From positions 13,597 to 77,596 of the forward strand of contig CALUIZ010000005.1 in assembly GCA_944320815.1 (NCBI GenBank): 64,000 nucleotides of DNA. Direction: 5' to 3'. The notes below the pieces were generated by a model. The model made no database searches and was not told the DNA's origin. It was given only the letters and a program-made list of their open reading frames with translations. Numbering within the stretch: position 1 is the first letter of the stretch; the number at the start of each line of letters is the position of its first letter. The position numbers were made by a program, and so were the translations under genes. Positions 53,370-62,817 of this stretch are shown piece after piece. Source of the DNA: an uncultured Phocaeicola sp. (GTDB lineage: Bacteria > Bacteroidota > Bacteroidia > Bacteroidales > Bacteroidaceae).

Positions 53370-55427
53370 CTACATCGCGATTCTTCTCAGCCGGATACGC
53401 AGGTTCGACAGTTCCGCATCGGCATGGGGAGAATCCGGATTGTGCGGTCGTATGGTCACCGTGTGCGATTTCCCGTTCAGCATTTCCGGAAGAGTCACCT
53501 CTTTCCTGAATATTACGGGATTTTCGGCAGGGCGGAACAGATATTCCATCCGGTTCTCAAACCGGTTGTAAAGACGGACCACTATCCGGTTGTTTCCTTT
53601 CTTCAGCGGGAGGACCGCCACTTCTTTCCGGAACGTGCAGCGGTACGGATTCAAGTGTTTTATGACAGACTCTCCGTTCACATAAACCTCAACGCCGTTT
53701 CCGGCTCCGATTTCCACCATAATCCGCTGGGCGCGCGGAGATTCGATTTCCTGCATCAGATAATATGATTCAAAAGGCTTGCAGACTATCGTGCCGTTTC
53801 TTTCCGTGGTCTTTTCCCATTTCTTCAGCCTTGCCGGAGAACTGAACGAACCTCCTTCGGGTCCGCACAGGTAAAGGTCGCCCCATTCCGTGCCGGAGAG
53901 AGGAGCCGTTTCCTGTTGTTTCCCTCCGTCGAGTGTCAGGGTGTAGGTCTTGTCGTCGACGGTGAGGTCGATTGTTCTTCCTGTTTCCTGTTGCGTGTAA
54001 ATCAGATCCAGTTGTTTCAGGAGAATTTGCTCGAAGTTCCACGAATAGCCTGTCGTGCTTTTGTAGTTGGTGTAATAGTCGAAGCAGGAGTAGCTGTGGA
54101 GCGGAACTGCGTTCTGCGAGGTCAGGATGAGGCTTTTCCCGCTCTTTCCGGGCAAGGGAGCGATTTCCTTGTCGAATTCGAGCGTCAGCACGTGGACCAT
54201 GCGGTCTTTGTAGGCCGAAGCCGGAACGGTCAGTTCAATCCGTTCGCCGTATTGCAGGTAGGTGGCCATTTTCCCGTCCCCTTTCTTCAGAATATAGCCG
54301 GGCATGTCGAATGCGATTTTCCCGCTTTCCGGATATTTCCCCGAAAGGAAGAGATACAGATTCCGTCCGTTCCGGGTTGCGGCCCCCCATCCGAAATCCG
54401 TCCGGAAAGGAGAAGGACTGCTGCCGTACACGGCATATCCGTAGCGTTCCAGCCAATTCCCGACATTTTCCATCACTTCTTTCTCGAAGGGTATCACGTT
54501 GCCCTCTCCGTCAGGTCCGATGTTCAGCAGAAAGTTTCCGCCGTGCGACACTGTGTTGATGAGATTCCGTATCTTTTCTTTCGCCTTTTCTTCCGCGTCG
54601 CCCCGTTCCTGCCATGAGCGGTATCCCCATGTTTCGTTGAACATCGAGACGCAGGTCTGCCAGGGAGTCTGCAGGGTAGCGTCGGGATATTGGTTGTCCC
54701 CCATCACACAGAAGTCATACCGGTCATTCCCCAGCCGTCCGCTCACCATGCAGTCGGGCTGGAGCCGGTGCACCAGCTCATACAGCTCCCTGCTCTGTTC
54801 CGGCGTGTTCGATCCCATGTCGAACCAGAGTTCAGAGATGGGACCGTAGTCGGTGAGCAGTTCCTTCAGTTGCGCTTTGGTGTATTCATGATGCTTCGGG
54901 GTGATGAAATCCGCATTGTGCGGCGACATGGGCGACGCATAAGGGAAATGCCAGTCGATGAGCGAGAAATAAAGTCCGAAGTTCAATCCCGCACGGTGGC
55001 AGGCTTCCGACATTTCTTTCACGAGGTCGCGTCTGCATGGCGATGCATCATACAGGTTGTATCCGGTGGTGGAAGTGCGGAACAAGCAGAATCCGTCATG
55101 ATGCTTGCTCGTGAGGATGACGGAGCGCATCCCCGCACGTCTGGCAAGTGCCGCGATGGAATCCGCATTGAATTGCGTCGGGTCGAATGTGCCGGCCAGT
55201 GTTTCGTATTCCCCCTTCGGGATAGGGGCGAAAGCCATAATCTGTTCGCTGTATCCTTGTGTGACAGGTTTTCCTTTCCATACGCCTCCCAGCCGGGAAT
55301 AGAGTCCGAAGTGGATGAACATGGAGCATTTGTTGTCCTGCCATTGGCGAAGAGCCTGCGTGTCGTGCCGGGCCTGTGTTCCGAGGGCTGCCAGCAGGAG
55401 GCAGAGAAGGGATACGAGCTTTTTCAT
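53370..55427 (-). CDS. GH29 alpha-L-fucosidase with C-terminal accessory domains
   Basis: ORF 53370..55448 is trimmed to MKKLVSLLCLLLAALGTQA. The GH29 core includes MFIHFGLYS and SKHHDGFCLF. About 250 additional C-terminal residues are beta-rich. Confidence 0.85.
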   Translation of the reverse strand: MKKLVSLLCLLLAALGTQARHDTQALRQWQDNKCSMFIHFGLYSRLGGVWKGKPVTQGYSEQIMAFAPIPKGEYETLAGTFDPTQFNADSIAALARRAGMRSVILTSKHHDGFCLFRTSTTGYNLYDASPCRRDLVKEMSEACHRAGLNFGLYFSLIDWHFPYASPMSPHNADFITPKHHEYTKAQLKELLTDYGPISELWFDMGSNTPEQSRELYELVHRLQPDCMVSGRLGNDRYDFCVMGDNQYPDATLQTPWQTCVSMFNETWGYRSWQERGDAEEKAKEKIRNLINTVSHGGNFLLNIGPDGEGNVIPFEKEVMENVGNWLERYGYAVYGSSPSPFRTDFGWGAATRNGRNLYLFLSGKYPESGKIAFDMPGYILKKGDGKMATYLQYGERIELTVPASAYKDRMVHVLTLEFDKEIAPLPGKSGKSLILTSQNAVPLHSYSCFDYYTNYKSTTGYSWNFEQILLKQLDLIYTQQETGRTIDLTVDDKTYTLTLDGGKQQETAPLSGTEWGDLYLCGPEGGSFSSPARLKKWEKTTERNGTIVCKPFESYYLMQEIESPRAQRIMVEIGAGNGVEVYVNGESVIKHLNPYRCTFRKEVAVLPLKKGNNRIVVRLYNRFENRMEYLFRPAENPVIFRKEVTLPEMLNGKSHTVTIRPHNPDSPHADAELSNLRIRLRRIAM

Positions 55428-55445
55428 GGTCTTTTTCTTTTGGAG

Positions 55446-55453
55446 CAAAGATA
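55446..55453 (-). promoter_or_regulatory. putative -7 box (TATCTTTG) for the GH29 gene
   Basis: The plus strand reads caaagata. It lies 19 nt upstream of the ATG at 55427 and overlaps the longer ORF-track start. Confidence 0.4.
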
Positions 55454-55616
55454 ATGACTCCCGCTTGTGGAATGAAAGATTTCACCATATTTTTTTGTGG
55501 AATGGCAGCCGGATGCTTCCGTCGTGGAAAAGTCCGGAATTTTGTGCGGATTTTCAATCGTGTATTTTTTACATTTAAATGGCGGGGAAAAGTTTTGTTT
55601 TATAAATGAAAATTTT

Positions 55617-55624
55617 TATTTTTG
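55617..55624 (+). promoter_or_regulatory. putative -7 box (TATTTTTG) for the GH51 gene
   Basis: tatttttg lies 47 nt upstream of the ATG at 55671. Confidence 0.4.
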
Positions 55625-55670
55625 TGGTGAGATAAATTTTTTAATCCATCATCACTTAAAATTTCAGATT

Positions 55671-57209
55671 ATGAAAAATGCGTTTCTGGGCCTGGCCCTG
55701 TGCTTTTCGGCGACGCTTTCCGCACAGCCGGACGCAACCGTGACCATTCATCCCGAACAGGGAAAACAGATCATTCCGAAAGAAATCTACGGACAGTTTG
55801 CCGAACACCTCGGTACTTGCATTTATGGAGGCCTTTGGGTGGGCGAAGATTCCCCGATTCCTAATATCAACGGCTACCGCAAGGATGTGTTCGGTGCGCT
55901 GAAGGAACTGAAGGTGCCTGTGCTCCGCTGGCCGGGAGGCTGCTTTGCCGATGAGTATCACTGGATGGACGGAATCGGGCCGAAGGAGAACCGTCCGAGG
56001 ATGGTGAACAACAACTGGGGAGGCACCGTGGAGGACAACAGCTTCGGCACGCACGAGTTCCTCAATCTCTGTGAGATGTTGGGATGCGAGCCTTATATCA
56101 GCGGGAACGTGGGGAGCGGCACCGTGGAGGAGATGGCCAAATGGGTGGAATACATGACCTCCGAGGCGGGGAGCCCGATGGCCGACCTGCGCAGGAAGAA
56201 CGGACGCGAAAAGCCCTGGAAGGTGAAATATTTCGGTGTGGGAAACGAGAGCTGGGGATGCGGAGGAAGCATGCGCCCGGAATACTACTCCGATCTGTAC
56301 CGCCGTTATTCCACGTATTGCCGCAATTATGACGGGAATGTGCTGTTCAAGATTGCCAGCGGGGCGAGCGATTACGACTACAACTGGACGGAGGTGCTGA
56401 TGCGCAACGTCGGGCACCGCATGGACGGAGTTTCTCTGCATTATTATACGGTGGCCGGATGGACCGGAAGCAAAGGTTCCGCCACCAAATTTACCGATGA
56501 TGACTATTACTGGACGCTGGGCAAGTGCCGCGAAATTGAGGATGTGCTGAAACGCCACATTGCCATCATGGACAAGTATGACCCGAAAAAGCAGATTGCG
56601 CTGATGGTGGACGAATGGGGAACCTGGTGGGATGAAGAGCCAGGAACCGTCAAGGGACATCTCTACCAGCAGAACACGATGCGCGATGCTTTCGTGGCCT
56701 CTCTCTCGCTCGACATCTTCCATAAATATACCGACCGCGTGAAGATGACGAACATCGCCCAGATTGCCAACGTGCTCCATTCGATGATTCTTACCAAGGA
56801 CGACAAGATGGTGCTGACTCCCACTTACCATGTGTTCAAGATGTACAACGTACATCAGGATGCCACTTACCTGCCTCTCGACCTGAACTGCGAACGGAAG
56901 ATTGTGCGCGATGACCGCATCCTCCCGATGCTCAGTGCCACCGCATCCCGCGACAAGGACGGAAAGATTCACGTGTCTCTCTCGAATGTGGACCTGGAAG
57001 ACGAGCAGGAAGTGGCCGTGAAGCTCGACGGAGTGCAGGGCAAGTCGGTGAGCGGAAGCATTCTCACTTCGGACAATATCGACGACTACAATACTTTTGA
57101 GAATCCCGGAACGGTTGCTCCGAAAGAGTTCAAGGGCGCGAAACTCACCAAAGACGGTCTGACGGTGAAGCTTCCCGCCAGATCAATCGTGACGCTTGAA
57201 ATAAAATGA
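55671..57209 (+). CDS. GH51 alpha-L-arabinofuranosidase
   Basis: ORF 55497..57209 is trimmed to [20 protein letters not shown]. The motifs are [15 protein letters not shown], the acid/base context [11 protein letters not shown], and the nucleophile context [10 protein letters not shown]. Confidence 0.85.
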   Translation: MKNAFLGLALCFSATLSAQPDATVTIHPEQGKQIIPKEIYGQFAEHLGTCIYGGLWVGEDSPIPNINGYRKDVFGALKELKVPVLRWPGGCFADEYHWMDGIGPKENRPRMVNNNWGGTVEDNSFGTHEFLNLCEMLGCEPYISGNVGSGTVEEMAKWVEYMTSEAGSPMADLRRKNGREKPWKVKYFGVGNESWGCGGSMRPEYYSDLYRRYSTYCRNYDGNVLFKIASGASDYDYNWTEVLMRNVGHRMDGVSLHYYTVAGWTGSKGSATKFTDDDYYWTLGKCREIEDVLKRHIAIMDKYDPKKQIALMVDEWGTWWDEEPGTVKGHLYQQNTMRDAFVASLSLDIFHKYTDRVKMTNIAQIANVLHSMILTKDDKMVLTPTYHVFKMYNVHQDATYLPLDLNCERKIVRDDRILPMLSATASRDKDGKIHVSLSNVDLEDEQEVAVKLDGVQGKSVSGSILTSDNIDDYNTFENPGTVAPKEFKGAKLTKDGLTVKLPARSIVTLEIK

Positions 57210-57232
57210 CTTTGTCGGATACGTTGAAGTTT

Positions 57233-57275
57233 CCCTCCGTCCGGATTGATACCGTCCAGACGGAGGGTTTCTTTT
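57233..57275 (+). terminator. intrinsic terminator after the GH51 gene
   Basis: The arms ccctccgtc (57233-57241) and gacggaggg (57259-57267) are followed by tttctttt. Confidence 0.65.
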
Positions 57276-57297
57276 ATATATAAGGAATTGTATGCGT

Positions 57298-57357
57298 TGT
57301 AACGGAAATGTAATATGGTGTTACACCTTCTTTAAGCGGTTGAAACACTTTTGTAAC
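57298..57357 (+). promoter_or_regulatory. phased TGTAAC-like hexamers (Pho-box-like array) upstream of porin-pstSCAB
   Basis: The hexamers are TGTAAC (57298), TGTAAT (57309), TGTTAC (57319) and TGTAAC (57352), spaced 11, 10 and 33 nt. A weak -7 box GACCTTTG lies at 57368-57375, and the ATG is at 57418. Confidence 0.4.
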
Positions 57358-57417
57358 ATCTATTGCCGACCTTTGCAGCGTCAATGATTTGAAGTTTTAA
57401 TTGATAAAGATTCTACA

Positions 57418-58410
57418 ATGAAGGCAAGGAGACTTTTAATGTGGGGGTTGTTGGGGTGTCTGTCGGCTGCGCCGGTCATGGCGGAAACCGATGAGGCTCC
57501 CGCAAGGGAAAAGAAAGGTTCGGCAATCATCACCATATTCTCGGACTTTCATACGGGTTTCGGAAATGTGAATGATGACAGGGGGTTCGACCTCGACCGG
57601 GCTTATATCGGTTATCAGTATAAACTGTCGGAAGAACTTCAGATAAAGGCGGTGATGGACTTCGGCCAGTCGGACCATGTGGAGGATTATCAGCGTATCG
57701 GCTATATCAAGAATGCCCAGATTACATGGAGGCGCGGGGGATGGACGCTGAACGCAGGTCTGGTCAGTACCACCCAGTTCAAGACACAGGAGGACTTCTG
57801 GGGCAAGCGGTATGTGATGAAGTCTTTCCAGGACGAATACAAGTTCGGAAGCAGTGCCGACCTTGCAGTGTCCGTCGCCTATAAATTCAACAAATATGTG
57901 TCTGCCGATGTGATTCTTGCCAACGGGGAAGGATACAAGAAGGTGCAGGTGAAGGACGGTCTGCAATATGGAGCGGGTGTAACCCTGACTCCGGCGGAAG
58001 GCTTCATGGTCCGTGCCTATGGCTCCTATAATGAAGCTCCCGACAACAGTCTGGAGGGCATCACCAATCTGGCGGCTTTCGTGGGATACAGGAACGCTTC
58101 TTTCTCCGTGGGTGCGGAATACAACTGGCAGTCGAACACCAAAAACGTGAAGGGAAACGACCTGAGCGGTGTCTCGGCCTATGCTTCCGTGCAGTTCAAC
58201 AAACATGTGGGTCTGTTCGGCCGCTGGGACTATCTCGATTCGAAGCATGACTGGAACAACGCTTCCGACGGGATGGCAGGCGTGCTGGGTGCAGAGTTCA
58301 GGCTGGGCAAATACATCAAGCTCGCCCCGAACTTCCGTATCTGGTCGCCCAGGGCCGACGGCGCGGACAAGTCCGGATATTTCTATCTGAACGCGTCTTT
58401 CGCCATCTGA
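57418..58410 (+). CDS. putative outer-membrane porin (beta-barrel), first gene of the pst cluster
   Basis: 330 aa with a signal peptide (SAAPVMA). It has an alternating amphipathic beta-strand pattern and a C-terminal aromatic end (LNASFAI). Its position upstream of pstS suggests an anion/phosphate porin. Confidence 0.5.
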   Translation: MKARRLLMWGLLGCLSAAPVMAETDEAPAREKKGSAIITIFSDFHTGFGNVNDDRGFDLDRAYIGYQYKLSEELQIKAVMDFGQSDHVEDYQRIGYIKNAQITWRRGGWTLNAGLVSTTQFKTQEDFWGKRYVMKSFQDEYKFGSSADLAVSVAYKFNKYVSADVILANGEGYKKVQVKDGLQYGAGVTLTPAEGFMVRAYGSYNEAPDNSLEGITNLAAFVGYRNASFSVGAEYNWQSNTKNVKGNDLSGVSAYASVQFNKHVGLFGRWDYLDSKHDWNNASDGMAGVLGAEFRLGKYIKLAPNFRIWSPRADGADKSGYFYLNASFAI

Positions 58411-58459
58411 GAGAATCATTGAATCAAGTCAGAAATACAGTTCTTAATTTTATAAACAC

Positions 58460-59509
58460 ATGAAAAAGTTTTGTTTACCTTTGATTGCGGGCGCAATGGC
58501 ATTGTCATTCGCAGCATGTGGCGGATCAGGTTCTGCCGGTTCGGTTGAGTTGAGTGGCGCAGGCGCTACGTTCCCTCTTCCTTTCTATAACATGTCATTT
58601 GAAGGATACGATGCTGCAACCGGCAACAAAGTGTCTTACGGAGGCATCGGCAGTGGGGGAGGTGTGCGCAACCTGAAAGACGAAATCGTGGATTTCGCCG
58701 GAAGCGACGCATTCCTGACCGACGAAGAAATGAAAGATATGAAGCCTGTCGTTCACATCCCGACCTGTATGGGAGCTGTGGTGCTGGCCTACAATCTGCC
58801 GGATGTGGTAAAGCTGAACCTTTCAGGCGACGTGATTGCCGACATCTATGCAGGGAAGATTACGAAATGGAACGACGCGCGTCTGGCAGAACTGAATCCT
58901 GACGTGAAACTTCCTGCAAAGGATATCATCGTGGCTTACCGTTCGGACGGAAGCGGGACGACCTTCATCTTTACCGACTACCTGTCGAAGGTGAGCGAAA
59001 ACTGGAAGAACACTTACGGAGCGGGCAAGACGGTCGATTTCCCTGTGGGACAGGCTGCCAAAGGAAATCCGGGCGTGGCCGGCATCATCGCGCAGACTCC
59101 GTATTCGTTCGGCTACATCGGTTCTGAATACGCTTTCGCGCAGAAGATTCCTTATGCCAGCGTGAAGAACAGCCGGGGCGAACTGATCACTCCGTCTACG
59201 GAAAGCATCTCTGCCGCAGCAGGCGACATCCCTCAGGACACCCGCTGCTCAATCACGAACGCCGATGCGGAAGGCGCATACCCCATCAGCTGCTTCACAT
59301 GGCTGCTCATCTACCAGGAACAGCATTATGGCGACCGCAGCATGGAGCAGGCGAAGGCCACAGTCGACCTGATGAAGTATATGCTGGCCGACAGCGTGCA
59401 GCAGAAGACGGCTACAGTGAACTATGCTCCGCTGCCCAAGAAGGCTATCGAATTGAGTCTTCAGAACCTGAAGACGGTGACCTACGACGGACAGCCGATT
59501 CTGAAATAA
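58460..59509 (+). CDS. pstS: phosphate ABC transporter substrate-binding lipoprotein
   Basis: 349 aa with the lipobox LSFAACGG, plus the PstS motifs SGAGATFPLPFY and RSDGSGTTFIFTDYL. Confidence 0.85.
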   Translation: MKKFCLPLIAGAMALSFAACGGSGSAGSVELSGAGATFPLPFYNMSFEGYDAATGNKVSYGGIGSGGGVRNLKDEIVDFAGSDAFLTDEEMKDMKPVVHIPTCMGAVVLAYNLPDVVKLNLSGDVIADIYAGKITKWNDARLAELNPDVKLPAKDIIVAYRSDGSGTTFIFTDYLSKVSENWKNTYGAGKTVDFPVGQAAKGNPGVAGIIAQTPYSFGYIGSEYAFAQKIPYASVKNSRGELITPSTESISAAAGDIPQDTRCSITNADAEGAYPISCFTWLLIYQEQHYGDRSMEQAKATVDLMKYMLADSVQQKTATVNYAPLPKKAIELSLQNLKTVTYDGQPILK

Positions 59510-59521
59510 AAAGAGTGTGTT

Positions 59522-60379
59522 ATGCAGGATAAAATATTCAAGGCTTTACTGATTTTATCTGCAGTGCTTATTCCGGTCATCGGTGGGGGAATCATTCTCT
59601 CCCTCACCGTTGACGCCTCGGGCGCGTTCAAGGAGTTCGGGTTCTGGGAATTCGTCTTCTCCGACGACTGGATAACTACGGCAGGTAAAGAAAAATACGG
59701 AGCCCTTCCGTTCATCACGGGAACGCTGCTCACTACGGCACTGGCCCTTCTGATGTGTATCCCTTTCTCTTTGCCGGTGGCACTGTTTACGGGCGAGTAT
59801 TTCAAGGGGCGCAAGATAGCGGCTGTGCTGGGAACCGTGATTGACTTGCTGGCGGGTATCCCTTCCATCATTTATGGTCTGTGGGGATTTTATGTGCTGC
59901 GCGGCACGTTCATGTATCTCGACCTCTCTCCGCAAGGCTCCGGCATTCTGACGGCCTCTTTCGTGCTGGCCATCATGATTGTGCCTTATGCCGCTTCGTT
60001 GAGTGCCGAGTTCATCAAGATGGTTCCGGCCGAGCTGAAGGAAGGGGCGTATGCGATGGGAGCCACCCGTGCGGAAGTGATTCGCCGTGTGATTTTCCCG
60101 ATGGCAGGTTCCGGTATCTTCTCCGCATTCATCCTGGCTATCGGCCGTGCGCTGGGCGAGACGATGACGGTGACGATGCTGATCGGCAACACGAACCAGA
60201 TGCCCGAGACGTTGCGTACCACAGGAAACACGATGGCCAGTATCATTGCCAATCAGTTCGGTGAGGCCGACGGCCTGAAACTGTCTTCACTGATTGCCAT
60301 CGGTCTGCTTCTGTTCCTCATTACAGCCATCATCAACATCATCGGCAAGATTCTGATCCGCCGTGCCCGCCATGTCTAA
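59522..60379 (+). CDS. pstC: phosphate ABC transporter permease PstC
   Basis: 285-aa polytopic ORF with the EAA-like loop GAYAMGATRAEVIRRVIFP. It follows pstS. Confidence 0.9.
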   Translation: MQDKIFKALLILSAVLIPVIGGGIILSLTVDASGAFKEFGFWEFVFSDDWITTAGKEKYGALPFITGTLLTTALALLMCIPFSLPVALFTGEYFKGRKIAAVLGTVIDLLAGIPSIIYGLWGFYVLRGTFMYLDLSPQGSGILTASFVLAIMIVPYAASLSAEFIKMVPAELKEGAYAMGATRAEVIRRVIFPMAGSGIFSAFILAIGRALGETMTVTMLIGNTNQMPETLRTTGNTMASIIANQFGEADGLKLSSLIAIGLLLFLITAIINIIGKILIRRARHV

Positions 60380-60399
60380 TTCTGTAAACCGAGTGCAAT

Positions 60400-61260
60400 A
60401 TGAATAAAGTGAAGTTTCGTATCTTTAAGAGCCGCCTCCTTTTTATCATGGTGTGCGTGTTGTCGGGAATCACGGCAATTCCGTTGGTGGCGATTCTGGG
60501 CGAGGTGCTCATCAAGGGATGGAACCAGTTGGGTTGGTCGTTCATTACGGAGGCCACCCCGAACGCATACAAGGCAATGATTGCCGCCCAGGCGGGCGAA
60601 GACATTCCGGGCGGTATCGCCAACGGTATCGTCGGCACCTTCCTGATGCTGTTTCTGGCCGCGGTGGTGGCTATCCCTGTGGGCATTCTCTGCGGTATCT
60701 GTCTGTCAGAGTATCGCAAAAGTTGGTTCGCCACGTTCGTCAGCTATCTGACCGACTTGCTGCAGGGTACTCCCTCCATTATCATAGGTATTATCACATA
60801 TATCTGGGTAGTTGTGCCGATGAAGGGCTATTCCGCCATTGCGGGTAGTGTGGCACTGTTCATCATGATGCTGCCGCTGATTATCCGTTCTACAGAAGAA
60901 ACGATGAAGGTGCTGCCGGATACGCTGAAAGAAGCCGGTCTGGCACTGGGAGGAAGCTACTGGAGGGTGATGCTGAAGGTGATGGTCCCCGCCGCGCTGG
61001 GAAGTATCTTCACCGGTATCCTGCTGGCCATATCGCGTGTGGTCGGCGAGACGGCTCCGCTGATGTTCACCGCTCTGGGAGGTGCGGCCATCAGCTGGAA
61101 CATGACCAAGCCGATGTCGGCGGTGCCCCTGCTGATTTGGGAGTTCTTCAACGACCCGAACCTGCAGAACCTGATCTGGGGCGCATCCCTCTTCCTGTTG
61201 GTTTTCGTATTATGTCTGAATTTATTAGCTAAACAAGTTGCAAAGAAATGGAAAGTATAA
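60400..61260 (+). CDS. pstA: phosphate ABC transporter permease PstA
   Basis: 286-aa polytopic ORF with the loop EAGLALGGSYWRVMLKVMVP. Confidence 0.9.
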   Translation: MNKVKFRIFKSRLLFIMVCVLSGITAIPLVAILGEVLIKGWNQLGWSFITEATPNAYKAMIAAQAGEDIPGGIANGIVGTFLMLFLAAVVAIPVGILCGICLSEYRKSWFATFVSYLTDLLQGTPSIIIGIITYIWVVVPMKGYSAIAGSVALFIMMLPLIIRSTEETMKVLPDTLKEAGLALGGSYWRVMLKVMVPAALGSIFTGILLAISRVVGETAPLMFTALGGAAISWNMTKPMSAVPLLIWEFFNDPNLQNLIWGASLFLLVFVLCLNLLAKQVAKKWKV

Positions 61261-62018
61261 AAGACCCGATTCTCCAGATAAAGGATGTCTGCATCTCGTA
61301 CACCAGTGATGTGATGGCCGTGAAGCACGTCACCGCCGACATCGAAAAGAATTCTATCACGGCCATCATGGGCCCGTCGGGCTGCGGAAAGAGTACGCTG
61401 CTGCGTGCCGTGAACCGCATGCACGAGCTGTACAAGAACATCCGCGTGACGGGAGAAATCCTGCTGAACGGGGAGAACGTGCTCGAAATGGAGCCGATGG
61501 AGGAACGCCGCCGCATCGGTATGGTGTTCCAGCGTCCGAATCCGTTCCCGACGATGAACATTTTCGACAATGTGCTGGCGGGATATATCCTGAACGGAAT
61601 CCGCCTTTCGAAGTCGCAGAAGGAAGAAATAGTGGAGCGCAATCTCCGCAACGTGTCTCTGTGGGACGAGGTGAAAGACTCTCTGACCAAGCGCGGTACG
61701 TTCCTTTCGGGAGGACAGCAGCAGCGTCTGTGCATCGCGCGCTCTCTGGCTCTCCAGCCGGACATCCTGCTCATGGACGAGCCGACTTCCGCACTCGACC
61801 CGATTGCCACCAAGCACATCGAGGACCTGATGGACCAGCTGAAGAAAGAGGTGACCATCTTGATTGTAACTCACAACATGTCGCAGGCCATGCGTATCTC
61901 CGACCGCTCCATGTTCATGTTCCTGGGCGAGCTGATAGAATACGATGACACCAAGAAGATGTTTGAGAATCCGGCCGACGAGCGCACGCGCTCTTATCTG
62001 ACAGGAAAGATGGGATGA
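61248..62018 (+). CDS. pstB: phosphate ABC transporter ATP-binding protein
   Basis: 256 aa with Walker A GPSGCGKST, signature LSGGQQQRL and Walker B ILLMDEPTSALD. It overlaps pstA by 13 nt. Confidence 0.95.
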   Translation: MESIKDPILQIKDVCISYTSDVMAVKHVTADIEKNSITAIMGPSGCGKSTLLRAVNRMHELYKNIRVTGEILLNGENVLEMEPMEERRRIGMVFQRPNPFPTMNIFDNVLAGYILNGIRLSKSQKEEIVERNLRNVSLWDEVKDSLTKRGTFLSGGQQQRLCIARSLALQPDILLMDEPTSALDPIATKHIEDLMDQLKKEVTILIVTHNMSQAMRISDRSMFMFLGELIEYDDTKKMFENPADERTRSYLTGKMG

Positions 62019-62055
62019 CGGATACATCCGAAAACAGGTATTTGATAAAAAGAAG

Positions 62056-62102
62056 CGACGGGACGTTTTTTCAGACGTTCCGTCGTTTCTTTTTTCTTTT
62101 TT
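62056..62102 (+). terminator. intrinsic terminator after pstB
   Basis: The arms cgacgggacgt (62056-62066) and acgttccgtcg (62075-62085) have 1 mismatch and are followed by a long T-rich tract. Confidence 0.7.
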
Positions 62103-62264
62103 GTGCGGGCCGTGTGTCTTCTATGAAGTATCAAATAATTGAATGATACAGCCGGATTCTTCTTTTACACGTTGATTGTTAGCGTATTGGTGCAACGGAT
62201 GTCTTGTTACGTGTAGTTGGATAAATCAAGGGCGGAACCTTTCTTTTTTCAACGGGCCGGGGGC

Positions 62265-62272
62265 TATATTTG
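62265..62272 (+). promoter_or_regulatory. putative -7 box (TATATTTG) for the ECF sigma gene
   Basis: tatatttg lies 30 nt upstream of the ATG at 62302. Confidence 0.45.
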
Positions 62273-62301
62273 CGGCATAGACATTAACTTTTTGAGTGAC
62301 T

Positions 62302-62817
62302 ATGAAAGGCAAAATGGCAGATTTCAGTTGTTTGTTGGCCGACTCTTACCGGATGCTCCGCGAGCCGGTGTTGCTGTATGTTTGCAGCAAAGTGGAAAGC
62401 CGTGAAGACGCGGAAGATTTGGTGCAGGAAGTGTTTCTCCGTCTGTGCGGCATGAAAGTGCGCGTTTGCGCGGAAACCGTCAGGAACTTGGTGTTCACGA
62501 TAGCCAGAAACCTGGTGACGGATTACCTCAGGCGGTTGTACATGAAGCGCGAGGCCGTGTCGTATGTGTGCGAGTCGCAGCCGGTTTCGGTTCATGATGT
62601 GGAAAGCCGCATCGTGGCGGAAGAGTTGCGGCGCCTGTTCCGGCATAAAGTGTCGGTGTTGCCGGCCCGTCGGCGCGAGGTGTACGTGCTGAACCATTTT
62701 CAGGGGAAAGGCTCTGCCGAGATAGCCCGGCAGCTCAACCTCTCGAAGCGGACGGTGGAGAGCCACCTCCTGCTCGGTCGTGGGGAGGTGAGGGCGTATA
62801 TGAAGCAGTTCGTGTAG
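62302..62817 (+). CDS. ECF-type RNA polymerase sigma-70 family factor (no adjacent anti-sigma gene)
   Basis: ORF 62296..62817 (GTG start) is trimmed to the ATG at 62302. Region 2 reads DAEDLVQEVFLRL...ARNLVTDYLRR. Region 4 reads LPARRREVYVLNHFQGKGSAEIARQLNLSKRTVESHL. Confidence 0.8.
   Translation: MKGKMADFSCLLADSYRMLREPVLLYVCSKVESREDAEDLVQEVFLRLCGMKVRVCAETVRNLVFTIARNLVTDYLRRLYMKREAVSYVCESQPVSVHDVESRIVAEELRRLFRHKVSVLPARRREVYVLNHFQGKGSAEIARQLNLSKRTVESHLLLGRGEVRAYMKQFV

Noticed and set aside
14980-55497. Longer N-terminal extensions offered by the ORF track, with starts at 3307, 14980, 23388, 25859, 29749, 36372, 37425, 42029, 45027, 46400, 50521, 55448, 55497 and 62296.
   Set aside because: In each case a downstream ATG gives a canonical N-terminus, such as a signal peptide, Walker motif or family-typical start. 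In addition, either a TAnnTTTG box lies inside the extension or the upstream gene's stop overlaps the shorter start. Several extensions begin at TTG or GTG.
48208-62027. Other long antisense ORFs: 48208..49857 (-), 51784..53259 (-), 55656..56972 (-), 57436..58419 (-), 60957..62027 (-), 53916..54617 (+) and 54690..55454 (+).
   Set aside because: Each lies opposite a gene with strong family signatures (Smr, M56/metF, GH51, porin, pstA/pstB, GH29), and each translates to low-complexity sequence.
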